From NCBI GenBank assembly GCA_037447605.1, contig CM074813.1, positions 496,001 to 560,000 of the forward strand: DNA of 64,000 nt, read 5' to 3'. The notes under the pieces were generated by a model. It worked only from the letters and a program-made list of their open reading frames with translations, made no database searches and was not told the origin of the DNA. This document shows, in pieces, positions 12,938 to 23,942 of this stretch; the first letter of the stretch is position 1, and the number at the start of each line of letters is the position of its first letter. This DNA comes from Zygnema circumcarinatum SAG 698-1b. Lineage: Eukaryota > Plantae > Zygnematophyceae. The translations under genes were made by a program, and so were the position numbers.

Positions 12938-14869
12938 CTCTCTCTCGCTCTCTCTCTCTCTATACATAATTACAACGAGCGAAAGAAAAGAATCGAGAAT
13001 GGAGGCAAGCCATTGAGCAGGCAAATAAAGTAACTTCACATATTCTACTCAAAAATTTCCTTCACAGAGGATGCACCTTCCTCACCTCTGATTTATAAGC
13101 GTCCGAAGCCTCGATGCCTTCAAATTTGGGAATTGCAGTTTCTCGCGGAAAAGCGGGTTTGCTTCAATTAGTTTTTTCAATTCCAGCAACATAATGTTTC
13201 TGGCGGATTTTGTGTCTCCATATTTTGACAGCTGCTCGTTATCTCTGCAGGCATTAGAGAAGATAAGATGGGGAATCTCATGAGTAAACCCGTGCGTGAG
13301 GGAAGACAAAGGAAACGAAATACAATAGAAAAGGTGGTGCGAAACGGAAACAAGATAAAGAAGGTAAACGAAGGAACAACGTGGAAGAAGTAGCAGAGAG
13401 AGTGTAAACCACGAAATATAAGAAATATAGGAGCGGCGAATGAGGTAAGCAAGGAATAAAAGATAGAAAGAGAAACGTGAGAATGCTGCAGATATATCGT
13501 GCAGAGGATTTAAGGGCAAAAGCAGAGCGAGAGTTGTGAAAATAAGAAATCCAGTTGTAGCCGAAAGTATGTATTACCGAAAGTTATCAAGAGTGAGCAG
13601 CTGCGTTATCTCCTTGTACAAATCTTCATTGAAGGACGCAAACACTTTAAGGTCCTTCACGAGAATTTCCACCGCTTTGGCGCGGTCTTGCCTGCAGCAA
13701 AAAAAGGAAAAAAAAAAAAAAAAAGAAGGGGCAATATGAACTCATCGACTTCAACTAATTCCTGGCGAAAAATGCACCATCAAACTTGCAATTGAATTGT
13801 AGTTCAAAAACGAGACTCCTGCACAGGAGCAGACTACTGCTTTGTTTCCGAAGCAGGCCTATAGTCAGAAAAGTACACAGATATTAAAAAGGATGAGGAA
13901 AGGAAAAAAGAACGAGCACAGAAAAAGGTTCTCACTTGTCAAGCGCTTCCAAATACTTCTGTTTTCGAATCTCAAAAAATATCTTCATGGAGTAGCGGTT
14001 GTCGTCCACTTTGGTGAAGCCCGCGAGGTAGCGTTCCACTTCGTCCCACTCTCCGGCCACGACTTGATCCTCAAAGTACTTCATGTTGAAGAAGAATCCA
14101 GACTCCTGCTCAAGTCTGGATCACAGCAGGGCAGGGGATCAACCAATAATCAATAGTCAATAGTCAATAGTCAATAGTCAAGTATGACAACAATAACACT
14201 CAATAGCATGCCAGGAACAACATAGTGGATAAAACTCAATACTTGAAGGGAATTGAGTCAGAGGTTGAAAGAATGCGCAGGGCTGGAGGCATCAGCTGAA
14301 GCTGAATCTCAAACAGAAGCAGCAGACCATGCAGTTGCCAGTATAGAACGAGACAGCATGCATGCAGCGACAAGTGGGGCACGGCTTCAAACAAAGAAAA
14401 TAGAGGAGCGAAATCTTGCATCAAAACACAAAACATGCAAAAACATGAATAGAGGAAAACCAGCCAGCTGGCTCAGAAACCGCAATCAGCAGCATTCCCC
14501 AGCAATGGCTGGGCCCAATCATAAAAAAAAAAAATCCAAAAAAATCCACTCCAACATCATCTGATGCAAGAAACGTCACCAGCACTGGCAGGAACTGAAA
14601 TTGAAACTGATACAGCCATCGAAACTGAAGCCAACACTTGAAACTTGAAACTGAAGCAATAGCAGGTGACTGCCAGCTGGCACTATGATCTACCGATCAT
14701 AAGCAACGACTCAATGCAACAAGCAGCCAGGATTCTTGAACCCTTCAACTGCTGTCTGGGCGGGTTGCCTGCAGAAAACCGAAACCTACTTGTGAACAGT
14801 CTCCTTGAACTTCTCCTCGTCCAAGAACTGAAGAATGAGGAACACCAATTCCCGGCTCAGGGACGACAT
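2228..14869 (-). CDS. TPL: TOPLESS/TPR transcriptional co-repressor (LisH-CTLH-CRA plus two WD40 propellers), 25 exons, about 1148 aa
   Basis: Starts MSSLSRELVFLILQFLDEEKFKETVHKLEQESGFFFNMKYFE and ends VYPLVIAAHPSEPHQFALGLSDGGVQVVEPLEAEGKWG...AAR*. Exons: 14790-14869, 13936-14115, 13578-13691, 13086-13244, 12468-12666, 10761-10878, 10320-10465, 9836-9995, 9457-9566, 9191-9260, 8827-8900, 8396-8491, 8015-8110, 7409-7536, 6939-7173, 6390-6539, 5869-5976, 5440-5568, 4948-5058, 4412-4591, 4082-4210, 3632-3727, 3209-3397, 2722-2900, 2228-2438. Total 3447 nt, phases consistent. All introns are GT-AG except one GC-AG. Confidence 0.97.
6655..6720. repeat. Tandem 10-mer (GGTTGACTAA) x6 in TPL intron 15
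   Basis: Directly visible: five perfect units and one with an extra A. Confidence 0.9.
11058..12453. repeat. About 1.4 kb (CCCTCT)n polypyrimidine/polypurine tract in TPL intron 5
   Basis: Almost pure C/T on the plus strand. It explains the long G/E/R and P/L/S low-complexity ORFs. Confidence 0.95.
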
Positions 14870-15193
14870 GGCTGCCGCTCCTCCCCGCCTCCTTGAAACT
14901 GCTTCCTCCGCCTCCTATTGATCGAACAGGTCCCTTCCTTATCTCCCTGCTCTCATAGAGACTCCTCCTCCTCCCCCGCACTCCCGTTCACCGTACCTCC
15001 TTCACCCTCTCCTGCTTGCCTCTCCTCCACCGCCAACTTCTGATCCAACCGCCTCCTCTACCTCATATCCCGCCCCTCATGGCTATCGCTCTCCTCCCAC
15101 TCCCACTCACCCTCATCTCCCTCTCTCCTTCTCTACCTCACCAACGAGCAACGATCCTTGTTGTGGAAGGACCAGAGACGGAAAGAGGGGAAG

Positions 15194-15247
<54 letters not shown>

Positions 15248-18200
15248 GAGAGAGAAACTGAAGATAGCGAGAGAGAGAGGGAAAAGGGGGCGAGAGGGGG
15301 CGTTTGGTGGCTGGAACGGTTCCCTGAAAGGCGCAAGGCAGTAGGGGGCAGTCAACTCCAAACAAGGCTCCAAACTGCACGCGATAAGCGGACGCGCGTT
15401 TCGAGTGTCCGCTGCCCTCCGGGTCCTTACTGCTCCGCCGCAATAGCCCTCCTCGGGATCCGGTATGGCCTGATAAGCAGGTCGACGTATCCCGAGCGTG
15501 TGGCTTAGGCACTTGTGTTTCTTGGCAGCGAGAAGGTGCCGTATCGCCGATACGCGCGTGCGCTTATCTTGCGGTTCGCTCGCGGATTCGGAGCAAGTGC
15601 AGGCGCTCACCGACAGAGTCATGGCCACGGGCAGCCGGATCCTAATGTTTTTCTGAGAATGCCCAACCAATAGAAAGGGCCTAGATCGCGTGTCGGCTCC
15701 TAAAAGAAACATTCGGGCAGGAAAAACGTTTCGCGCGGATTCAATACGGCGGTCATCCCGGCCGGCGAATTCTCCGACGTCAGCCGAATAAAGTGCCACG
15801 TGGCGCCCTTCGGCGTTTGGACAGATCGAGGCCGGCGACAGGTGGCGAAGGCGCAGGTGCCGACCGTACAGTCAACCGAGCCGTACTGTCGTACGAACGG
15901 CAGCCTGGTCGGTGCCCCTGATGGGGACCGGCGGGCAGTTCCAAACCGGAGCGGGGGATTCGGGCGTACGGAACGGGCTACTGCGGGCGCGACAGCTGTC
16001 CCCTGCGAGACTGACATTGACTTGTACGGTTACAAACGACAGAAGTCGCATGGGACAACGAGGGAGTCGTGGGCGGGGGAACGGTGGTTTAAAAAAATGT
16101 GGGTTCGAATGAAAGAAAATGGGGAATAGCGGGAAAGATTGGTTAAATATTTGGGAATCTTCGGCAGGAGTGAGCACAGAACCGAGATTCGAAATTTGAG
16201 CCGAAAGCGACGAGCGACAAGATCCGGCCAATCAATAAGAGGCGCTGGCAGGCTTACACGTGTTCATATACTGTCAGTGGTGCCACGTGGCTTCAGAAGA
16301 GTGGCTGGACTCGTCCTTCTCGTCAGAGGCCGAGGCCGAACGGCGGAGGTCCCACGACGGCGCCGTCAGCAAAAAATAAATCGACCAATCAGGAGCCGGA
16401 GAGTGGGCCGCAAGGCCACGCTGGCGACGCGGATTGGTCCATACGGATGGGAGCTGGGCCGGGCGGCTCACTTGTCGTTTTTGAATTTTCTTGAAATATC
16501 GTCATATCGCCGGCACATCGGCTATCGCCGTCACGACATGCCTACGGCGTCAAGCTCAACAGCGCAAGGCGGGGCAACCGGCCGGCGGAAATACAGGAAT
16601 GTGCCGGCAGGGGTACCGGCCAGGTATGTCGGTCGCAAACGATATATCGAGTGGTGGCGATATCCCCGTCCTGGAGGAAAACGACAAGGACATTTCCTTT
16701 CCAACACGCCCGCAGGCCAACGCACTAGTGATCGGTGGCTCCTGATTGGCTGCCCTGCTGGTGTTGACGCCGCTGACGTGGGTGGATCGCATGGCCTGTC
16801 GAGCCGCTCTGGCGGCTCACAAAAATAAAGAAACCGTAAACACCCTAAACCAAGATATCCGTACACATGATCCGTAAAGCAATGGGAGATTTCTTGCATT
16901 ACAGTACAGTACTTTTTCTCAGAAGCTGCATCCGCTGAGCAAAAAACCCTAAAACCCGAAGACCCTAAAACCCTAGAAAGTAGAAACCCTAAAGACCCTA
17001 CAAACCCTAAAAAGATCCACTCATTTCTAATTGGACGGGGCACGAGGTTTTGTATACGTGGCAGAGTATGAGTCGCAGGCTGGGTCTGACAACAATTCGA
17101 TCTTTTGAAGTGCAAAAAATCGGAATCTGACCCAAATTTCTATCCAGGTTCAGCTTCGGTTGAAACAACAGAATCCGTACTCTTACACAGGCTGCCTTGA
17201 ATCTCGATCTGACCGCTAAACCGTACAGCTTGATCCTAGTTCCTCTGCAAAACATTTTGTCGCTTTTTGAGTCAGGCCTTCAAAAACGGAAACGTTTTCC
17301 GCGCCATTTTCTTATTTTGCGCTGGTACGTAAAACGACAAAATATGGTCCTCCATCCATTTGGTACTTTTTTGTCTGTACTAGCATCTCACCCCGCGAAA
17401 GTCGTGGCGCGCCGCCAGACCTCAACAGTATTCACAGACGCCACTTGTCACTAAACGATAAAATAAATTTATCACTGTGCGGCTAGAAGATTACCAAATC
17501 GGGCATGTAGTTTGTCTTCTATGGAGGAAGGGTTTACCTGCGCACATGGCCACCGACGTCGCTTGTCGTTTTAAGATTGTCGTTTTGTGTTAAGCCGGCG
17601 CAAGGCGACAGCTGCAAGATCGCGACCGCCAGCGATTTCCAGGGCCTGTCATAGTGCCACGTGGTCGCGAACGAGTGGCTGGGACTGCTGACCGCTATTT
17701 CCAACGTAGCACGAAATCTTGACCGCAATGATTATATGTCGACTCTACTTCCAGTTTTTTCCTTCAGATAAAAACAAGACCGTAATTCGTACCGTCGACT
17801 ACGTGACAAATATGTACCATACCAAACGGGCATGGCCACGCTAGCGGAAAGCTCGTCCGGTTGGCATCACATTGTGATGCATATTATCATGTCACCACCT
17901 CGAGTCACATCACGTCAAATCACGTCACAAGACGTTCACGTCACATTCACGCCACGTTCACGTCACGTCAACGTAACGCCACGTCAGGGAAAAAAAATAT
18001 GGATGTCACGTCACAAGGTAGCACATGCATGAAGCAACAGCTCGATATGATGTATGATGGGCCCACAACATCACATCAAGTGATGTCGCATACAATCACA
18101 TCACATGGCATGGCATGGCATGCATGATACGAAAACATCACGGCCGTACGGTGCGCCGGAGCACAGCACAAAGCGGCCCTTGGGATGGCTGTCCCCTCCA

Positions 18201-18482
18201 ATAGAAAGGAAGGCTGGACTTTACATAGAAACTATTGCAATCAACCGTACAAAGTTACACGTTTATACACCGGCACAGAAAACGGAAAACGGAACACACG
18301 GAAAGCGCCTCCACGGAACAGCACCGCAAGAAACATGAGGGAGCGCGGAAAAGCGACGAAATCGAAGGAACGAAGAAGAGTGAGGGAAGGTGGAACCACG
18401 AGGACGAAAGGGGGAAAGACGGGATAAAGGAGGGTGGAATTGGGATCCACAGTTGAAATGAGGTCAACCGTTGAGATCCAGG

Positions 18483-19013
18483 TTAATCTTTCTTCAACGA
18501 CTGGTATTCACGCCTTATTCCGGATCGATTGATGATCACAATCTCAACTCCATCACCCTGAAACAAAAAAAAAAAAAATCCCGGAGGAGAAAAAGGTAAA
18601 CAAACGCGATGGACAGAAGGGCGGAGGAGGGGGAGGGGTAACACAGAAAAAATTGAAAGAAATGGAGAAATGGAGGAATTGGGTACAAAGAAAAAAAAGG
18701 GGGGCAAAATGGAAGGGTACAAATGGGGTAAGCAGAGAGGGAGGCGGACCGTGTAAATATCTCGCTCGCCCGCAGACGCAAAGGCATCCTTCACAAGGTC
18801 CACTGCTTCAGTTTCCGTTAACGGAGTGGCAGCCGGCTGTGCAAGATCCACCCAAATCCGCATTCCACATTTTGGTGAGATGGGTCTGCATGGGCTTCAA
18901 ATCCAACGAGAAAGAGGGAGAGAGCGAGAGGGAGGGGGGGAGAGAGAGAGAGAGATGGGGAGAGAGAAAGAGAGAGAGAGGGGGCGAGAGAGAGAGGGGA
19001 CGAGAGAGAGAGA

Positions 19014-19087
<74 letters not shown>

Positions 19088-21899
19088 GAGAGAGAGAGAG
19101 CGACCTGCGCGGGCACGAGCAGGAGGTTTCCGGACTTGAGCTGGTTGTCCAGGACGGGCACGACCAGCGCTTGGCCCGTCCCCTGCACGTAGTACTGCGT
19201 CCGCTCGTACGACCCCACCGCATCGTATGTGAACACGCACCCGCGCCCTGCTCCATGCGGCCCCGCCTCCGTTCCGCTCGTCGGGGAGGGGAGGGGGAGG
19301 GGAGGGGGAGGGGAGGGAGGGGGAGGGGGAGGGGGAGGGGGGGGGAAGGGAGGGGGAGGGGGAGGGGGAGGGGAGGGGGAGGGAGGGGGAGGGGGAGGGG
19401 GAGGGGGAGGGGGAGGGGAGGGAGGGGAGGGGGAGGGGGAGGGGGAGGGGAGGGGGAGGGGGAGGAAGGGAGGGGGAGGGGGAGGGGGAGGGGAGGGAGG
19501 GAGGGGGAGGGGGAGGGGAGGGGGAGGGGGAGGGGGAGGGGGAGGGGGAGGGGAGGGGGAGGGGAGGGGGAGGGGAGGGGGAGGGAGGGGGAGGGGAGGG
19601 GGAGGGGGAGGGAAGGGGAAGGGGAGGGAGGGGGAGGGGAGGGGGAGGGGAGGGGGAAGGGGAGGGGGAGGGGAGGGAGGGGGAGGGGAGGGGGAGGGGG
19701 AGGGAAGGGGAGGGGGAGGGGGAGGGGAGGGGGAGGGGGAGGGGGAGGGGGAGGGGGAGGAAGGGGAGGGGAGGGAGGGAGGGGGAGGGGAGGGGGAGGG
19801 GAGGGGGAGGGGAGGGGGAGGGAGGGAGGGGGAGGGAGGGAGGGGAGGGGGAGGGGGAGGGGGAGGGGAGGAGGGAGGGGAGGGGGAGGGGGAGGGGAGG
19901 GGGAGGGGGAGGGGGAGGGGAGGGGGAGGGGGAGGGGGAGGGGAGTGGGAGGGGGAGGGGGAGGGGGAGTGGGAGGGGGAGGGGGAGGGCTACCTTCAGA
20001 GTCGAGGCCGCCCAGCACGTTGAAGGTGTAGTAGGGGAAGAAGCGCTTGTAGTAGAGCGTGTTAGAGAGGAGCTGCGCCATCGCGGGGCAGCTCATCTTT
20101 TCGCCGTGCTGCTGCTCATACACCTGCGGGCAGGCAGAAAGTTTTTGGAGAGGGTGAGAATGGGAGGAGAAGAGTGAAAGGAGGGGACTAGAAAGGGAAA
20201 GAGAAATAGGATTGGAGAGAGAGAGCGAAGGGAGGGAGGGAGGGGAAGGAGACGGGATGAAGGGGGAGGAGGAGGTAAGGGAGAGCAGTAGGGGGGGAAG
20301 GGAAGGAGAAGTGGGTGAGGGATATGAAAATAGACAGAGAGAGTAAGTGGGAGGGGGGAAATGAGACTACCAGAGGCGAGCGAAGCAGAAGGTGAAGATG
20401 TGAGAGAGGGAGAGACTGAGAGGCTAGGAAGAAGAGAACGAGAGTGTGAGAGAGGAGAAGAGAGCGAGAGAGAGAGAGAGAGAGCCACATACAACATGGC
20501 GGGAGTGCAGCGTCTTCTGAAGTGTCCTCATGTCCGCCTGAAAGCCCGAGGAGGCGAGGACGCATTTATCCGATCTGTCACAAAACGCATTTCAGTATTC
20601 AGTTCCTCCGTTTGAACAGTCTTCGGAATCGATTCTCAAGTTCAGATTCTAGAATGCAATGAATTTTTTCGTGATATCGTCTGTCGGGAAAAAGTCCGAT
20701 CTGCTCTCAACGGGGCCGTAAGTGTTCGTGTTCTATGTAAGGAAAAAAATTGCGAAATTCCAGAAAGTAGGAAGAAAGGGAAGGAAGGGGAGGGAGAGAG
20801 CGGACATTTCGAAGATTTTCGAAGCGTCCCTCGTAAGGATGCTGAACCCCGAGGCGAGCCGCGTGTCGCCCGCGATCACGCAGTAGTCTTCGCCCGCTAC
20901 CGCCACCACCGTCCTGAACCCTCCGTAAACCCTCCTCCCGCGCTCCTTAAACCCTCTCTCCCTCTCTCTCTCTCCGTCCCTCTCTCTCCCTCTCGCATCT
21001 AAAGTACCCCCTCTCTCTCTCTCGCTCCTCCGCCGTCTCTGTATCATTCCTTGAGCAGGCATTCTCTCACTCCTTAAACCCTCTCTCTCTCTCCCTCTCT
21101 CGCTCCTTAAGCGGTGTCTCTCTCACTCCTTGAGCCCTCCCTCTCCGTCATTTCACACCCAACCCACAAACCCTCACAAACCCTAAAAGCGACCGTAACC
21201 CTAAAAATCACTGGGAACCCTAAAGCTCAAGGAGGTCCTAAAGCCCATGACGATCCCGCCCACCCAGAAACCATAAAACCTCAAAATCCAGAAAACCCTG
21301 CAACCCTAAAGATCCGAAAAAATCCTAAAACCCTAAACCCTAACAAGTCCAACTCCCCTGAAACCCTAAAACCCTAATAGTGAGGGTTCAGCGTGCTTGC
21401 AGAGAATTGGAAAGAATCGAAAATTTATCGACCACATTAAAGTATCTTTATATCTTTTTCGAAAAGACGGATTGCAGTTCCTGATTTTTTTTTCCGTGCA
21501 ATTCAACCCTAAAACTCGAAACATGATCACAACCACAAACTTGAAAACCCTAAACTTTGAAGGGAACATGTGGGCTCTCAGATCCAGAAAATTCTAAAAC
21601 CCTACGCCATCTTGCAGGTCCTGAACCCAACCCTAAACCTAAATCCCACATTCAGTACGATACGTTCTTTTTCCATCCCTAAAACCTAAACCCTCAACCC
21701 CTAAGCTTTCCGCACAACCCTAAAACCCTGAAGAAATCTCCCCTTCCCAAAAAAAAATAAAAAGGAAAACTCTCTTTAAAACCCTAATTCAAGAAACGAA
21801 AAAAAAAAATCCAAACTCCCCGAAAATTTGAGAACGGCACAGCGGCACATGTAGCGGGCGGCCTCACCCTCCGTTGTTGTCGTACGGACTCCACGACAT
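18483..21899 (-). CDS. PBF1: 20S proteasome subunit beta type-1 (beta-6), 7 exons, 218 aa
   Basis: [40 protein letters not shown]...[32 protein letters not shown]...[11 protein letters not shown]...[15 protein letters not shown]...SLKKD*. Exons: 21868-21899, 20806-20913, 20493-20574, 19994-20123, 19105-19247, 18750-18836, 18483-18557 (657 nt). Start context gccaccATG. Confidence 0.96.
19274..19989. repeat. (GGGGGA)n G-rich tract filling PBF1 intron 4
   Basis: Nearly pure G/A on the plus strand for about 700 nt. Confidence 0.95.
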
Positions 21900-22140
21900 G
21901 GTGGCTGCCTGCCTGCCTGCCTGCCTGCGCCCTGAACCTCCCCTCCGCGGCCCTGAATGGCGGGACGGCTCTGAACTCTGCCAGGATGTCCGTACAGTCC
22001 AAACCCCAGGTCTACCAGCCCCGTACGGACCAACCAACCAACGGTTGGCGAGGAAGGTGACCGTACAATGAAGAAATTTCGAGGAAATTCAATTCTATGC
22101 TGAGGTGGCGTTGAGTTTATGTCATCCAATTAGCGCAAAC

Positions 22141-22247
22141 CACGTGGCAGTCAGCGCTTTCAAGCGGCACTCACGTCATGGCGGGAGCCACGTGGGAGAC
22201 AAGTGGGAGTCACGTGGCATCGCGGCGAACCACGCCGCACACGTGGC
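22141..22247. promoter_or_regulatory. Cluster of five ACGT-core G-box/ABRE-like motifs between the divergent PBF1 and ET genes
   Basis: CACGTGGC at 22141, 22211 and 22240; GCCACGTGG at 22187; TCACGTCA at 22171. Confidence 0.5.
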
Positions 22248-23942
22248 GAAGTGCCATTGGCAAACGCTCGTCAGAGGAAGCCCCTCCCTGACGCGACGCC
22301 TGGGTATTGTCAGGAGATCATGCCAGGATCGGATTTTACGAGATCTGGACTTGCCAAAATGAAAAATTTTAAGATCGGAAAAATGTCATGCAGCCACTCT
22401 GCGTTCTTAAGGATCTAGTTTTAGATTGTACTGACGTGGTTATAGAATCTATACAAAACATATGTCAATGTGTGTGCACCACGTCACCGATTTGATTGTT
22501 CGAATCTCTTTGAAGTAGCGCATCTGATATGAAAAATCTGTGGTACAAAATCTCACGAGAATGACTTTTTGATCGACTGGCCCACGCCATCGTACAGTCC
22601 GATACGGTGCCATACCATGTCAGAATTTCCAGTTAAGGGTCGCGATCAACAGAACAAGTGCATAGAACTCCATGCTGCCGAGCAAGAGTTAGAGGCAGAA
22701 GCGCCAAAGGGGCCCCTTTAAAGGGAGGCAGCCATGGGCCACGGGGAGGTGGGCGTGACGAGGGCGGGCGGCCCTCAACTCTCCGCCCTAACCCCTCGCC
22801 CTACGCAAGCCCTCGCTTCCCTGAACCCCAAGGCAAACCCTAACTCGCATCCGCTGCCGCCGCCGCCGCCGCCGCTGCGGGGGAGGCGGCGCGCGAGGAA
22901 AGGAGGGAGAGAGGGAGAGGGGGAGGGAGTGAGAGAGGGAGAGGGAGTGGGAGGGAGGGAAGGAGAGGGAGAGAGAGAGGGAGAACGCGAGCAGCAGCAG
23001 AGATATGGCGGAAATGGAGAGGGAGGGAAAAAGTGGGGCTTTGAAGAACAGAAGGAGAGGGGCTCGTGCAAAGACAGGGCAGGCATGGCTTCCGCTGGAA
23101 GAGCTCCTCCTTCCCGTGTGGAAAAGGCGCCCGGCAGCCATAGCCGGAGCTCGGAGCTCTCGGTAGAGTGGACCTCCTCGTGGTCGCGCGCAAGCAGCGG
23201 TTTGTGGCCGTCGCAGAGCAGCTGGGACGGCAGTGCGACTGCTGACGTGGTTCATGCTGACGTGGCACACTCTGCTGTGGCACGCGCTGACGTGGCACAC
23301 GCTGACGTGGTATCGGGGAGTGGGAGGGAGGTAGAGGAGCGGGCGGGGAGTGAGATAGGGAGGGAGAGGAAGGAGGTAGGGTCAGGTTCAGGGTTAGGGT
23401 TAGGGTTAACATTAGGGTTAGGGTTAGAGTTAGGGTTTGGAGACGTTGAACTGGGCTTGGGGTTCGGGCTAGGAGTTGGTGTTGGGATAGGGGTACGAGA
23501 GTGGAGGGAAGGCAAGGGAGAGAAGAAAGAGAAGGGAAGGAGGGAATCTGGGGTGGGATTAGGGTTCGGCTTGGAGCTAGAATTAGGGCTAGGATTAGGG
23601 CAGCTAAGCGGTAGTGGAGGAACAAAGAAGGAGAAGAGAGTTCAAACAGGGAGGGAGGGAGAAGGCGATGCCAGAAGAATCAGCAAACAGTGCGCTGTGA
23701 GAGTGAAAAAAGAGAGAAGAAAGGGAGAGGCGAGAGCAGAGGAGAGAGTTGAGGAGAGAAGAAAAGGGAAGCACAGGAGGGGGAAGGGGAGAGAGAGAGA
23801 GAGAGAAGGAGAGGGGCGGAGGTTCTTGAAGCTGAAAGAGTTTGAGGGGAGCAGACGAGGAAGTCGAGTGCAGAAAGTGAGTGTGAAGAGGTGCAGGAGA
23901 GGGAAAGGAATCACGAAGCTGAAGGGAAGCCACATTGGGAGG

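Noticed and set aside
15300-17760. GC-rich ORFs of 100-230 aa (e.g. 16139-16828) as a gene or transposon
   Set aside because: No recognisable domain, overlapping ORFs on both strands, no convincing exon chain, and no transposase or RT motifs. Treated as upstream/intergenic DNA.
18826-20123. About 400-aa Gly/Arg- and Pro-rich ORFs
   Set aside because: They read through the (GGGGGA)n and (GA)n introns of the proteasome gene.
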